Assembly (NCBI GenBank): GCA_043228905.1
Contig: JBHGNT010000006.1
Location: 17,794,001-17,858,000, forward strand
Length of the DNA: 64,000 nucleotides
Source: Azolla caroliniana
Taxonomy: Eukaryota; Plantae; Polypodiophyta
Reading direction: 5' to 3'
The position numbers and the translations under genes were made by a program. Below the pieces are notes generated by a model that had not been told where the DNA came from, searched no databases, and was given only the letters and a program-made list of their open reading frames with translations. Position 1 is the first letter of the stretch, and every line of letters begins with the position of its first letter. Below, piece by piece: positions 13,129-24,563 of the stretch.

Positions 13129-14426
13129 TGTTGTGAAGATCTGTCACTAGGTGCGGATCCTGAGGCGGAACCGCCGGGGTTCTAGACCGGAAGGACTCAA
13201 AGTTTGCATTAGCTTTAGCGAGAAAGGATTTAAGATCGATTGAAAGAGAGAGAAATTGTGATAAGATAAAATGTTTGACTTTAGATTGAGAGAGAGATTA
13301 AGATTGAACTCTTGACTTTAGATTTGAAGAACAAGATTAATACATCAATTGGATAACGAATTTTCTTCCTTTTAATTTCTTGATTAATACATAGCTCCCC
13401 TTTGATCTTTTTCATCCACCCTTTTATAGATGCTCCCATGCATATGATGCATGTGAGGGTACAAGACATGCATACAATGCATCGAATGCATGTGATGCAT
13501 GTTTGCCATTTGGCGCTCATGCATCACATGTCACTCAATCAAGCTCTAATATGAGAATTTACATGTAAAACTATAATAATAGGAAAAATATTTATAAGGA
13601 AATGACATAGCCTAGTGGTAATTCTATTGCCTCTTATCTTAGAGGTGCAAGGTTCAAGTCTTGCTTATATCCCTTTTAAAGCACAAAATACTATTAGGCT
13701 TTTGGACCAAATATCTTTAAAACATCATGCACCGCGATCAACTGACCCGACCGATCCGTCTGATTTGCATCCGTTCGGTCTGGCCCGGTTTGGTTCGCAT
13801 CCCAAGGTCACCGGATGCCAGATGCTGGTCACCAGTCTATTGCCTCATATCTTAGAGGTGCAAGGTTCAAGTCTTGCTTACATCCCTTTTAAAGCACAAA
13901 ATACTATTAGGCTTTTGGACCAAATATCTTTAAAAATCATGCACCGCGATCAATTGACCCAACCGATCCGTCCGATTTGTATCCGTCGTCGTCCGTCCCG
14001 TTTCAATTCCGTCACCGTCCATCCGTCCGGTTCCGGATGCCGTCGCCGTCCAAAACCAATGAACTTGGCTACATCCATTCGTCAAGTCATTCAACTCATC
14101 CTTTCTATTCTCCACGCTTTTGCTCTGCCTTATATTTGGTGAGATCCTTATTTGTCCTGTCTATATGGGATATCTCACATTTTTTTTATTTTTCTCTTTT
14201 TCTTTGCAAACTTCATACCCACATAACTTCACACTTAGTTGACCGTTTGTCATGTAGCAAAGTGCATTCAAAAGCTCTTCAAGACCTCCATCGTTTTGTA
14301 CCAAGATATTAAACTTATTTAAAATAGTATCTTCACTATAATTGTTTTATATTTCATGAGAAGAACCACATTCGATTTCGTATGTTCCTCACAAGTTTCA
14401 CACTATTGCCGAAAATCTTCACGACA
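13129..14426 (-). repeat. Gypsy-type solo LTR (about 1.3 kb) with 12-bp inverted termini, 4-bp TSD, tRNA-like module and internal 213-bp-period duplication
   Basis: TGTTGTGAAGAT...ATCTTCACGACA with flanks ACAC/ACGC. Removing it restores the Copia B frame (RFTRKEK). TATA (TCTATAAAAG) is on the minus strand. Its minus-strand start matches the LTR start at 30517. Confidence 0.85.
13608..13661 (+). promoter_or_regulatory. tRNA-derived Pol III type-2 promoter-like module (A box and B box) inside an LTR
   Basis: A box TAGCCTAGTGG (13608-13618) and B box GGTTCAAGTCT (13651-13661), 32 nt apart. Hairpins CCTCT/AGAGG and GCAAG/CTTGC. Confidence 0.7.
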
Positions 14427-17011
14427 ACGCGCAAGGAGAAAGAGAAGAAAAAGATGTCGGAGTACGATTTCGACAATGCCAAGTCAGGTCAAAGCGAGTC
14501 TGACTACGGGCAAACTAAAAAGGAACCTCCACGGAAGAGGTCGACATTAGCCGAAAAGGTTGTGAAATCAGGTAATCTTGAATTACGCAGATCTACCCGC
14601 TTGAGGAACCCCGTAAAGAGATATGGGTATAATGAGTACATGGCGCATCATTACACGTACATGACGTGAGTGGCGGAAGTCTGTGAGCCGGAGAGCTACG
14701 CAGAAGCGGCGAAAGATGCAAACTTGTGTGCCGCGATGGAGGAAGAGATGCGCGCTTTGACTGATAATGAGACTTGGGACCTAGTTGACGCACTAAAGGG
14801 TGTAAAGCTAATTGGATGTTGATGGGTGTACAAGGTCAAGTACAACACAAACGGCTCTGTCAACCGCTATAAAGCCCATTTAGTTGCGAAAGGCTACGCG
14901 CAGAAGCACGGTGTGGACTACGACGAGACCTTCGCGCATGTCGCGAAGATGACTACCATGCAAGTTCTGCTAGCCGTCGCGGCAGCAAAGGGGTGGCACT
15001 TACATCAAATGAATGTAAAGAACGTGTTCTTGCAAAGTGATCTTGAGGAACAGGTGGACATGGTACAACCCCCCAAATTTCTATCCGAACGAAACACTTC
15101 GGCAGTTTGCCGACTGAAGAAGTCACTATATGGACTTAAGCAAGCCCCGCGAGCTTGGAACGCAAAGATTACGCAATGGTTGCATAGAATGGGGTTTACG
15201 ACGTCCAAGTCAGACTCTTCATTATTCGTTCGACAAGGTCAACATGGACCGGTTAGCCTTCTACTATATGTTGATGATTTAGTCATTGCCAGTGCCGACC
15301 TGGACGAAATCCATCGTGTAAAGTCTCATCTTGCGGCATCATTCGAAATGAAGGATCTTGGAGACCTTCATTACTTCCTTGGGATCGAAGTGATCCGCGC
15401 CCCCGAAGGCATATTGATCAGCCAACGTCATTACGCGCTAAATATGATCTTCAAGTTCGGGATGGCCAACTATAAGCCCATCTCAACCCCTCTAGATAGA
15501 AACGCAAAGCTTCGCCGAGATTCGGGAAAGGCATGCGACCCGACACGGTTTCGACAGATTATCGGAAGCCTGATATATTTCACGCTCACCAGGCCGGACC
15601 TTAGCTACCTGGTCAGACTGATCCGTTAGTTTATGTCGCAACCTACGGCCGAACACTTTCAGTGCGTGCAAAGGATATTGCAATATGTCTGCGGCACGAA
15701 AGACATGGCGTTGCTATATCGGCCAGGCGTAGCCGAACAATTGGTTGGCTACACAAATGTTGATTGGGCCGGAAACGCCAGTGATCGTAGATCCATATCC
15801 GGATACGCCTTCTCATTAAGAAGTGCGGCGATCACGTGGAGCAATAAGAAGCAGCCGACAATAGCACTGGCGAGCACAGAGGCCGAATATCAAGGGGCGA
15901 TTGTCGCTACATGTGAAGTCATTTGGCTGAAACGACTGTTACGGGATCTGCATGTAGAGGTGTCTAATCTAACGATAATCTATTGCAACAACCTTAGCAG
16001 TATCCACCTTACGAAAAACCCTGTATTCCACGCCCGGACCAAGCACATTGAGGTGCATTACCATTTTGTCCGCGAGCCGGTCCTTTCAGTGACGTCGAAC
16101 TAGCGAATGTTCCGACGGATCGACAAGTAGCCGACATTTTCACCAAGCCTCTTGGTTTCGACAAGTTGCGGCATTTCTCAGGTGAGCTTGGGTTGCGTCA
16201 CCTTGACACGCCGAACTTGAGGGGGAGAAAGGAAGAACAGGAACAAGATCATGGAAAGAGCGAAATTGATTGAGACGTGGAGTCGGATGGAGAATTCGAT
16301 TTCGGGCTGGCTAAAAAAGCCGAAGAAGGAAGCAAGGGTCGTAATCTTAGGGAGGAGCAAAAGACAGCCGAACAAGCAGTAAGGCCAAAATCAAAACATG
16401 GTCTGACATTGTCAAAGGCCTGAAAACAGAAGACGAATTGGAGACAGCCAATTCGAGCGAAAATGGAATTGAATCGAAAGAGTTCGGTTCAATCAGAATG
16501 TTCGATTCGGATATTATGAATCGACTGAGAGCCAAGTGGAGTAAAGGGCAGCGGAAGAGGCGCCAACACCGCAACAGCAAGGGAGCTGAGAAGAGCCAAA
16601 TGAGTAGACTAGCCGACCACAAGGGTCGAGGAGCGCGGAATCAAACAGGTCGAGGAGCGCGAGCAAGGCGTGAAGCCAGGAGAAGCCGGAGTGAAGATCC
16701 GGAGGAGCATGCGGAGCTTCAAGTTGAGCTTGAAGGGGAGTGTTGAGTGACAAGCTCAACATTGGGTGCGTAGACTAGGTGTGTAAAACAGTACGCATAA
16801 CATGGTTGTATCAGTGCGTAAACCGAAAGGCCGTTAATATGGTATTCCTCGTAAGGAATAATTTTGGGAGTTAGTGTAGTAGGCACATTTATGAGCAGTC
16901 AAGTATTGTCAGTACTTGTGTCAGCCCGATAGTCAAGGCTTGTATAAAAGGTGCTCAATGAGCACGAAGTATGTACAAAGTGTCACTACTTTTTGAAATA
17001 GAACTGAGTTG

Positions 17012-17050
<39 letters not shown>

Positions 17051-18843
17051 CCTCTCCATCTCCATCTCTGCGTTTTCTGTGTTTTACCAAACTGTTGTTC
17101 TCCAAACTATGTACTCTGTGTTTCGCATACGCTTCCGCACACATATTCTTTTACAAAATAATATTCAACCAAATGTCTGGTACATGCCTAACATCTTTTA
17201 ATACTAGTTTGCAACCCATGTCCGTGGTCAGAATTATATTTCCTATGCCAAAAACCTCAATAACGTCGTGGTTAGCCATTTTGACTTTACCAAAGTCACC
17301 ATCGGCATATGACGAGGCTCTGAAATCGATAATCCAATCGGTTTGTTGGGATGCTAAACTGACACAAGCATCATCACACGCGATGATGATATCACCATCA
17401 CATGCGACTGTCATGGAATTATTTTTCTTATTGTCAGTAATTCCACTCTTTTCGTCCCTCTTTTTCTTCCTACAATCTCTTTCATAGTGGTTTGGACCAC
17501 CACAATAATGACATGTGAAGTCTTTCTTAGAGTCTTTCCTATTTCTAGATTTAGACCTCCCCTTAGAATTATTTCTGTGATTTTGTGAACCCCTAGCATG
17601 GTTTCTTCCTCTAGAGGAGTTGTTTTCTATGACTAAGGCCTTAGGGTCAAAGTTGGACTCATGCTTCTTCATGTAGAAGACTCGACTTAAGCATGTCCAA
17701 TGTTAGGTCCTTTTGTTGCGTTGCGGTCCCAAGCGTCACAACAAGGGTTTCCCAACTATCTGGGAGAGAGCCTAACAATAACAAGGTCAACACCTCATTT
17801 GCTAGAGGTATATCTAGAGAGACAATTTGACTTATAAGTCCTTGAAACGTATTAAGATGCTCTGCCATACTAGAGCCATCTTGATACCTAACTCTTACAA
17901 GTTTCCTAAACACAGAGACTCTATTCAAAGCATTTTTGGTCTAAAACATACTCTCGGTTTTTCTCCATAACTCGTTTGCTTTGGTTTCATCACCGAAATT
18001 GTTATATAGACTCATGTCTATGAAACATCGGATGTATGCAGATGTCTTTAGACACATGGCATCCCAAGTTAATGTATCTATGTTCTCGGGTTTGCTCGTA
18101 CCATGTAGTACGGGCAACCACAAGTCCTTGCATACTAGCATGTCCCTCATTTTGGACTTCCAAATGGAGTAGTTGGGTTCGGTCAACTTAATCATCCCAC
18201 GTAATGACTCATCCATATTCCAAATTTGCGGAGGGTATGAACCTCAGCTCTAGTACCACTTGTTAGGAATATGGATCCGAATCGGGATGATTTGGACTAC
18301 CAACTGAATCAAGACAAATTAAACAATAGATGAAACAATAAGACAGAAAATGAGAGTACACCAAAACAAATTAATGTGGAAAACCCAAAATAGGGAAAAA
18401 CCACGGAACCCCTTCGGGTTCAAAACAAGTTCACTATTTTTCTTAGTACAAACGAATACAACCTCTCTAGCTTTGACTAGAGGGATGTATATGCTAAGGC
18501 AGTAGCCTTGATTACAATTCCTCACCCAACTAGGTGGATAGAAAAACTAACAAAAATGGAAACAAGAAAAAACATGAAACGAAGAAACCTAATGCAAAGT
18601 AGACAGGATAGTTGTTGTTCAATCATGGTTCTCTAATAGTGCGAACAGCCCCTCATAGGTCTCTGTCTCCACTTTTGCACTTTGGTAGAACACTCTTCCT
18701 CTTGCTCTCACTCTTTTGTTCTCTGTTTTTCTCTCAATTTGTTTTTTGTTTTTCTATGTAAAAAATAGGTCACGCTCTCTCCCTTTTTCTTTTCTTTGTT
18801 TTTATTTGTTTTGTCTTCTTGTAGTCCTACGTCTATATCTGTG

Positions 18844-18878
<35 letters not shown>

Positions 18879-19561
18879 GACACACACCCAAAAAAAACAT
18901 ACAAAAAGAAAAAGGCATACACATATATATAAATATAAATACAACTAATTATAACTTTTCTTATAATTTGCCCTAAGCCTATTCGGCGTTCAGCCGACTC
19001 AATGTTATGGGCTCCACTTGAGTGGACAAGCCCCAACAGATCCTTCATCAAACATTTCATATTCTAGCATCTTCTGTTTTCCTTTTTTATCATCATATTT
19101 TTTATGTCTTGCATTTTTTCCACTCCAAGCATTTGATTCTAACTTACTACCAGAGTTTTCAGATGGTTCAGTACATGCTATCGATGTTGGATTTTGTTGT
19201 CCAACCTTATTTCCATTTCCATGAGAATCACTTTCATTTTCATATTTGTTTCTATCAATTTCTGAATTCTGTTTTGGGCTATACCAACTACTCCAATTTT
19301 CTAGACATTCTGTTTCTTTTCCATAAATTTGTTCTTAGTTTCCCAGTTTCCTCAAATATTGACCTCACTATCCCAATTTACTCAAATATTGACCTCACCT
19401 TTCCAATTTTCTCACATAATTCTATATTTTGCTACTTGTATTTCGAACTACTGCCATTTTGTTGCTACTTATTTCTGATGCAGTTACCTGTGATTGTGAT
19501 ATATTAGATAGTAATTGAGAAAAGTTAGACTGAAGGTGTTGCAACAACTTGGCTACTCATG

Positions 19562-21115
19562 ATGTCTTCTACTTAAAGTAGAATGTCTTTATTTTCTATG
19601 AACCCTTATGCTTTATCTAACAACTCATTATTCTCAAATGATGAGTATAATCGCCCAAGTGTTTTTAAGGGCCCCGGTCAAACCATGAACTATAATGTTG
19701 GCAATAGCTCAAACTTGCTTTTCTCGATCGAACCTTTGAACTGCCTTGGACAAAGTGGTATCCAAATGAGCAGAAGGTGTGCAAAAATTGACAAGGATGA
19801 TACCTCTAGTGACAATGCTTGCATAAATCAGCCTCTCACATTTAGAAGAGTTGTTTGTCGACAAGTTAGTATTAAGAGATTTAACTTTTTGTGTTTAAAT
19901 CGTGAAATAGTTTTTGATACAAGCAATTCATGTTGTGGGAATCTCTGTCTTTCTAAATTTGGAAAGGCAAACTTAAGGGTTATGCGGCAAAAGTATTTAT
20001 CACTTAATGGTGAGGAACAAGATACTTTCCTTATTTCACATATGCAACTTGTAAGGGATCACACCATAGGGGCTAGTTCGATGCATGTTGAATATTTCCT
20101 TGGACTGAATACTAAGTGTTGTAGAGTTTCTTTCAAAATTGCCCATAGCATTGGTAACATGAGGCTTCAAAGAATACAACTACGACTAGTAAAGGGGTTG
20201 TGGATACCTTTTGACAAGACTATGTTGTAAGGGTATTATAGGGTGCCATGTTATTAATTGGATGGAGATCTATGCCTATTATTGGAAGATTGCGTTTGTC
20301 TGATAACTTCACCCGTCTTGAGGTTTATCAAGCATATACAGATGACATGTTGTTAGAAGATGTACCTTACATACAATATCGACATTTCAAAAGATTATGG
20401 AGGTTGCAATTTAACATTGTGTTTATACTACGTAAGGTCCGGATGGATGTTTGTTCAATATGTGCAGGTTTAAAAAGTATGACAAAGGGTGGGAGATCAG
20501 ATGAAGAAATAAAGAATTACAAGAATCTATTAAAAGAACATCATGAAAGTTAAGCTTTGGAATGTTCTAAAGTTATGCATCACCGACAATAATCTCTTCA
20601 ATCACCCAAAAGGTATATGTGTATGATTATTGATGGTCTGGATCAAAAGAAAACTTGTTTACCACACTTTCCAAGGTTGCCAAAGGACATTGGAGATGAA
20701 TGCCTTGTACAAATGCATTTAATAGGTTGTTTGTTTTATTCTCTAACAATAAGGCCTAATATCCACAATCACCCTAATCTTGCAGTCACAGGCATGCAAA
20801 GAGTGTTACAATCTTGCCCAAGTATACTCCCGCCCATTCTATATGTGCAACTCGAATACACAACCAGAAAAAACAAAAACTCAACTGTTTTCAGTTATTT
20901 AAGCATGCTAATAGAGAATGGCTTGTTTAAGAAGATTAAGGTCAACTTCTTACTAGTTGGTCATACGCATGATCATATCGAACAAATGTTTAGTAGGTTC
21001 TCAAAGAAATTAGCATGATGTGATGCTTTCACACTTCCCATGCTATCAAAGTTGATCAATGAAGCTTATACCCCAAAGCCAAAAGTACATCATTTAAATG
21101 AATGTATGATTTTCT
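19562..21115 (+). pseudogene. Sola1/DUF7869-like DDD DNA transposase remnant, copy 1 (N-terminus and catalytic core, 3'-truncated)
   Basis: Cys-rich 'SCCGNLCL', 'KCCRVSFKIAH', 'VCSICAGL'. Core 'IIDGLDQKKTCLPH', 'LYVQLEYTTRKNKN' (cf. QLDNxxxENKN), 'NFLLVGHTHDHIEQMFSRFS'. Ends at 'HLNE.YDF'. Stops and frameshifts. Confidence 0.75.
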
Positions 21116-21539
21116 TCAATTTTGGAATTGTCTTAGCACGAATAAATCTATGGATAAAACCTAAACATGGAAATTTAAATGTTTCCTTATCGAAAACCTA
21201 TTTTTATGAAAATAGGTGATCTCTTCCAATTTCCATATTGGACATCGTAAAGATTTGTATTGTTTTCTTAAACCTTGGATAATTTTCTATTAGATAATCT
21301 ATCTTCTCTCAAAGTAGAATGTGTCAACCACATTTCTAGGAAATCGTATAGAAAATGGCATGCACCTAATGATTTGTGTAAATAGCAAAGCTAATATCTT
21401 ATCCAATAAATGTTTTTTAACATATTTTAACTATTAGAAACTCTATGGAGGTAAGGACAAAAAATGCACAACTTTTAACACTTTGACAACACATGTACAA
21501 TAATGGCCTCTAGCTTATAAAATTAGGATTCAATAGCTC

Positions 21540-22350
21540 TAATCTCAAGTTTTGCATAAAATGTTAAGGTTGCTCCATTTATTGCAACCACAACTCAATT
21601 GAGTGACTTTACATATTATATGAACATAGAACCATAATATGCAACTTTACACTAGGCATACTCTTACATGCGGTTCACTCTTTTTAACTCTTATTGAATG
21701 CATTGTACCAATGTAATTCAATATCATTCTTAAACCATGGTGAGTATAACATATCATATCACTAATTGGCATAGATGCATCATAAATTATAGCAAAAATG
21801 GTTCACTTGGAAATGGTGAAGCCTTCGCCTTCATTGCAAGGAGTACATTCTTTTGCCTTAACATTTGCCAAAAACCCATATCATTGTCTTAAAAAATGAG
21901 TTTGACATGTCTTTCCAAATCTTACTTCATAATCACGCTAATTAATACTTAACTGGAAACTTGTCCCCTTCAACTCTTCCTCTTTAACTTTTTGTTCCAA
22001 TGCCCATTAGGTTGTTTTTAAAAGTGCGGCGAACCATGCTTCCACATGTCTTACTTTTTATTTGTTTCAATGATTAACAAAATGCCAAAACTGGTTATAT
22101 ATATTTAAATGAATATAGGATACAATGGTAGTTCTAGGTTGGGCGACATAGCTCTTAAAGAATTTACTTCCAAATGCATACAATCTCTTGCCAATGGCCC
22201 AAAAGGCATTAATAAATGTCATGTGGGAACAAAATTATCGTTCTTCTTAGACTCCTTTCTAAATAACACCCTTCCTTTCTCTTTATGTACTTTTGAAAAC
22301 ATATTGCTACTTGAAATGAGTTCCAAATATATTACATCAATTATATTAGT
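21540..22350 (-). pseudogene. Highly decayed coding remnant, possibly a MULE/SWIM-type transposase
   Basis: Minus-strand fragments read 'QLSCGCNKWSNLNILCK' (SWIM-like CxC...W...CK) and 'LLMPFGPLARDCMHLEVNSLRAM'. No long ORF. Confidence 0.25.
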
Positions 22351-23247
22351 ATTCGTATTCGTATTCGTTTGCATTCGAATGGAAAACCCCACGAATGCGA
22401 ATATGTCAATCTATGGTTACAAAACATTATATTTTTTTAGGCTTTGGCATTGAATATTTGTCCATAAACCCTAATTAGAACAAAGGACTACCTGAGTTAC
22501 TTTCATTACAAAATCATCACTTTAAATAGTGGACTATTTAGAGCCCTAACTTTTGTAAAAATATGTGTTATATATTTCTAATTCCCTAGGCAAAAAAGAA
22601 ATTATAGTTAGAAAATACTCTAACTTGTTGGCTAATTGGATCAAATAGAAAATACTTGTCATACTCTTGGGATAACTTCTTAAAAAGCACTTGATCCCAT
22701 GAATCCCTTGTCACACCATCACATGTCTTATTCATTAGGCCATGGCATGGGTGTATGGCAATCATGAGTTTATCCATTTCTATATTTTATGCACCCATTG
22801 ATCCTCTCTCACTCTTTATTCTCTCCATATTCATCATCCACCCTTATCTTCATTCCCCTCTTTGTTTCCATTTTCATGTTCTTATTTTTGTTGTTTGTGA
22901 TCACGGATTTGCTCAACCCAATCGACTTTTTATTAATTGTCAACCCAGTTATGGCTCAATTGTTGGTTCAATTTGGAGACCAACTATATCTTTAGTCTGG
23001 AGATCGACAATTGATCATTATGTGACAACGTTATTCAATTCTCAGCTAATGGCATCAACAATCAAAATGAATATTGATCGCCTACCTCGTTATTGACATC
23101 TAAATGGTAGTAGTAATGGCAAACCCATGGTAGTGACGAGGACGGTAGCCCAATGGCAATAGCATGCCTCAAGAAAATAATCCAACAATTAACCACAAGC
23201 TAATGATGATGACATCATTAGCAATATTGGGATATCAATCGTAGCCA

Positions 23248-23327
23248 AATAGAGACAGGAATATTTTGGGAAATACAATTTGTGAAAAACACTAGGGGCT
23301 TTTTGATGATTTCATTTTCAAACCTTG
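23248..23327 (+). repeat. Dispersed ~75-bp repeat, second copy at ~24858-24930 in intron 5 of the FtsJ gene
   Basis: Both copies read GGAATATTTTGGGAAATACAATT..TGAAAAACACTAG.G.CTTTTGATGATTTCAT. Probably a non-autonomous transposon remnant. Confidence 0.55.
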
Positions 23328-24563
23328 GCACATAAGGGACACCATAATATATATGGAGTTTTATGAAATCCCAAAAAACTTGTTGGGTACTTAATGAAAT
23401 AATGTTAAGCTTCAAATTTCACCTAATGTATTAAAGAAGTGGAACAGTGGTAATTTTTTACACAGATTTTTTGGCCTTATCTTATAATATTTTATCTCAA
23501 AAACTAGTTCGTGTGTTACACATTAATCATGCTACATGTGATGCACATAAGGACACAAATAGTATATATATATATATGGAGTTGTTCATTTCTTTTGAAG
23601 CATGTTATATAAAATGCCAAAAACTTTTCGAGAATTTAATCAAAACACCCCTAAACTTCAAGTTTCACCTAAATCAAAACATAAGTGAAATATTAACAAA
23701 TTTTTAAGTCCAAGGTATTCCTGTAAATGCCCAACAAATGAAAGTGTCAGGATGTTGTTGCTTTTTAATGAAACATACACATAAGAAGGCATGTATGAAC
23801 TTCATGTATCACTACACTTTCATTCCAACCAAGGTATATCACACAATCACTTATGTCCATACATGGTATGTGTAACAAACAAGTTAGGGATGTTTTCAGT
23901 AAATACTCCCAACCATTTCTACCTAAATGTATGTTTTGGAAAGCAAAATACCAACACCCACATGAAGTTTCAGAGAGGATACTGTTTTTTCGAAGAAATT
24001 TAGTACTTCTGTTTCATTTTTAATGACAAGTAGACCCAGCAATGTCTCTTAAGATTGCCCCAGAAGCGTGCTTATGTACACATTCGCAGATAAAATTATC
24101 ATAACCATTCATTAACCTTATTCACACTAACATTTCTCAGTTAATTAAGAAAAAAGAAGAGTTACAGGCAGGGACAGAGATTCTGACTTGGAATCATGTG
24201 TTGCATATATGTATGTATATTATGAATTGCATGCATGTATGGAAACAATACATCATTTTCAGTGCACTTAGCATCATTCAATGAAGAATTATTGTTATTT
24301 TTGGTCGTAAATGTGTTCATGGTCCCATTTAACACATTTCTAGCTCTCTTATTGACAACAGTACATTTATCTTTCAAATCCTAGAAATCTGTTTTTTGCT
24401 GACTCAAAGAGAATTCACCATCCAAAAATTATCACATGAAGTCTTTGCATACGAATTTGTTTGGAAAGAATTCATATATTGAACTCCAAAAGAAAGGGTT
24501 TAATTACCAAGCCCTCAGCTTAGAAAGCAACAAGGTCAATGCAAGTATGTAAAACTGCTCATA

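Larger units (their letters stand above)
10069..17155 (+). mobile_element. Copia B, full length but decayed (LTRs 10069-10525 and 16741-17155)
   Basis: Paired LTRs TGTTGAG...TTTACA with TSD AAATA on both sides. PBS TGGTATCAAAG at 10526, PPT TGAAGGGGAG at 16731. Gag, PR 'WYVDSGAS', INT 'HSDVWGP', RT 'LYVDD', RH '[13 protein letters not shown]'. Many stops. Confidence 0.95.
8861..18985 (-). mobile_element. Copia A (Tnt1/Tork-like), 5' portion: LTR, PBS, gag, PR, GAG-pre-INT and INT; split by a solo LTR and by Copia B
   Basis: PBS TGGTACTAGAGC (18247-18258, minus) next to the LTR edge at 18261. Gag 'MDESLRGMIKLTEPNYSIWK', knuckle 'CHYCGGPNHYERDC', 'WIIDFRAS', 'CVDCLVGKQHR', 'LELVHTDLC', 'FIDDVSR'. 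The far LTR boundary (~18985) is uncertain. Confidence 0.85.

Noticed and set aside
13600-13675. Functional tRNA genes at the three A/B-box modules
   Set aside because: There is no convincing acceptor stem or canonical 7-nt anticodon loop, so they are treated as tRNA-derived promoter modules only.
13615-14142. 175-aa ORF with an internal repeat
   Set aside because: It arises from the 213-bp-period duplication inside a solo LTR and is not conserved in the second LTR copy.
13129-14426. MITE or DNA transposon interpretation of the element with 12-bp inverted termini
   Set aside because: It has TG...CA ends and an internal TATA box with a CT-rich leader. The same start sequence follows a PPT and integrase at 30517, which indicates a solo LTR.
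19022-19507. 161-aa plus-strand ORF rich in F/H/Y/L
   Set aside because: Its composition is that of an antisense shadow of a purine-rich minus-strand tract, with no recognisable motifs.
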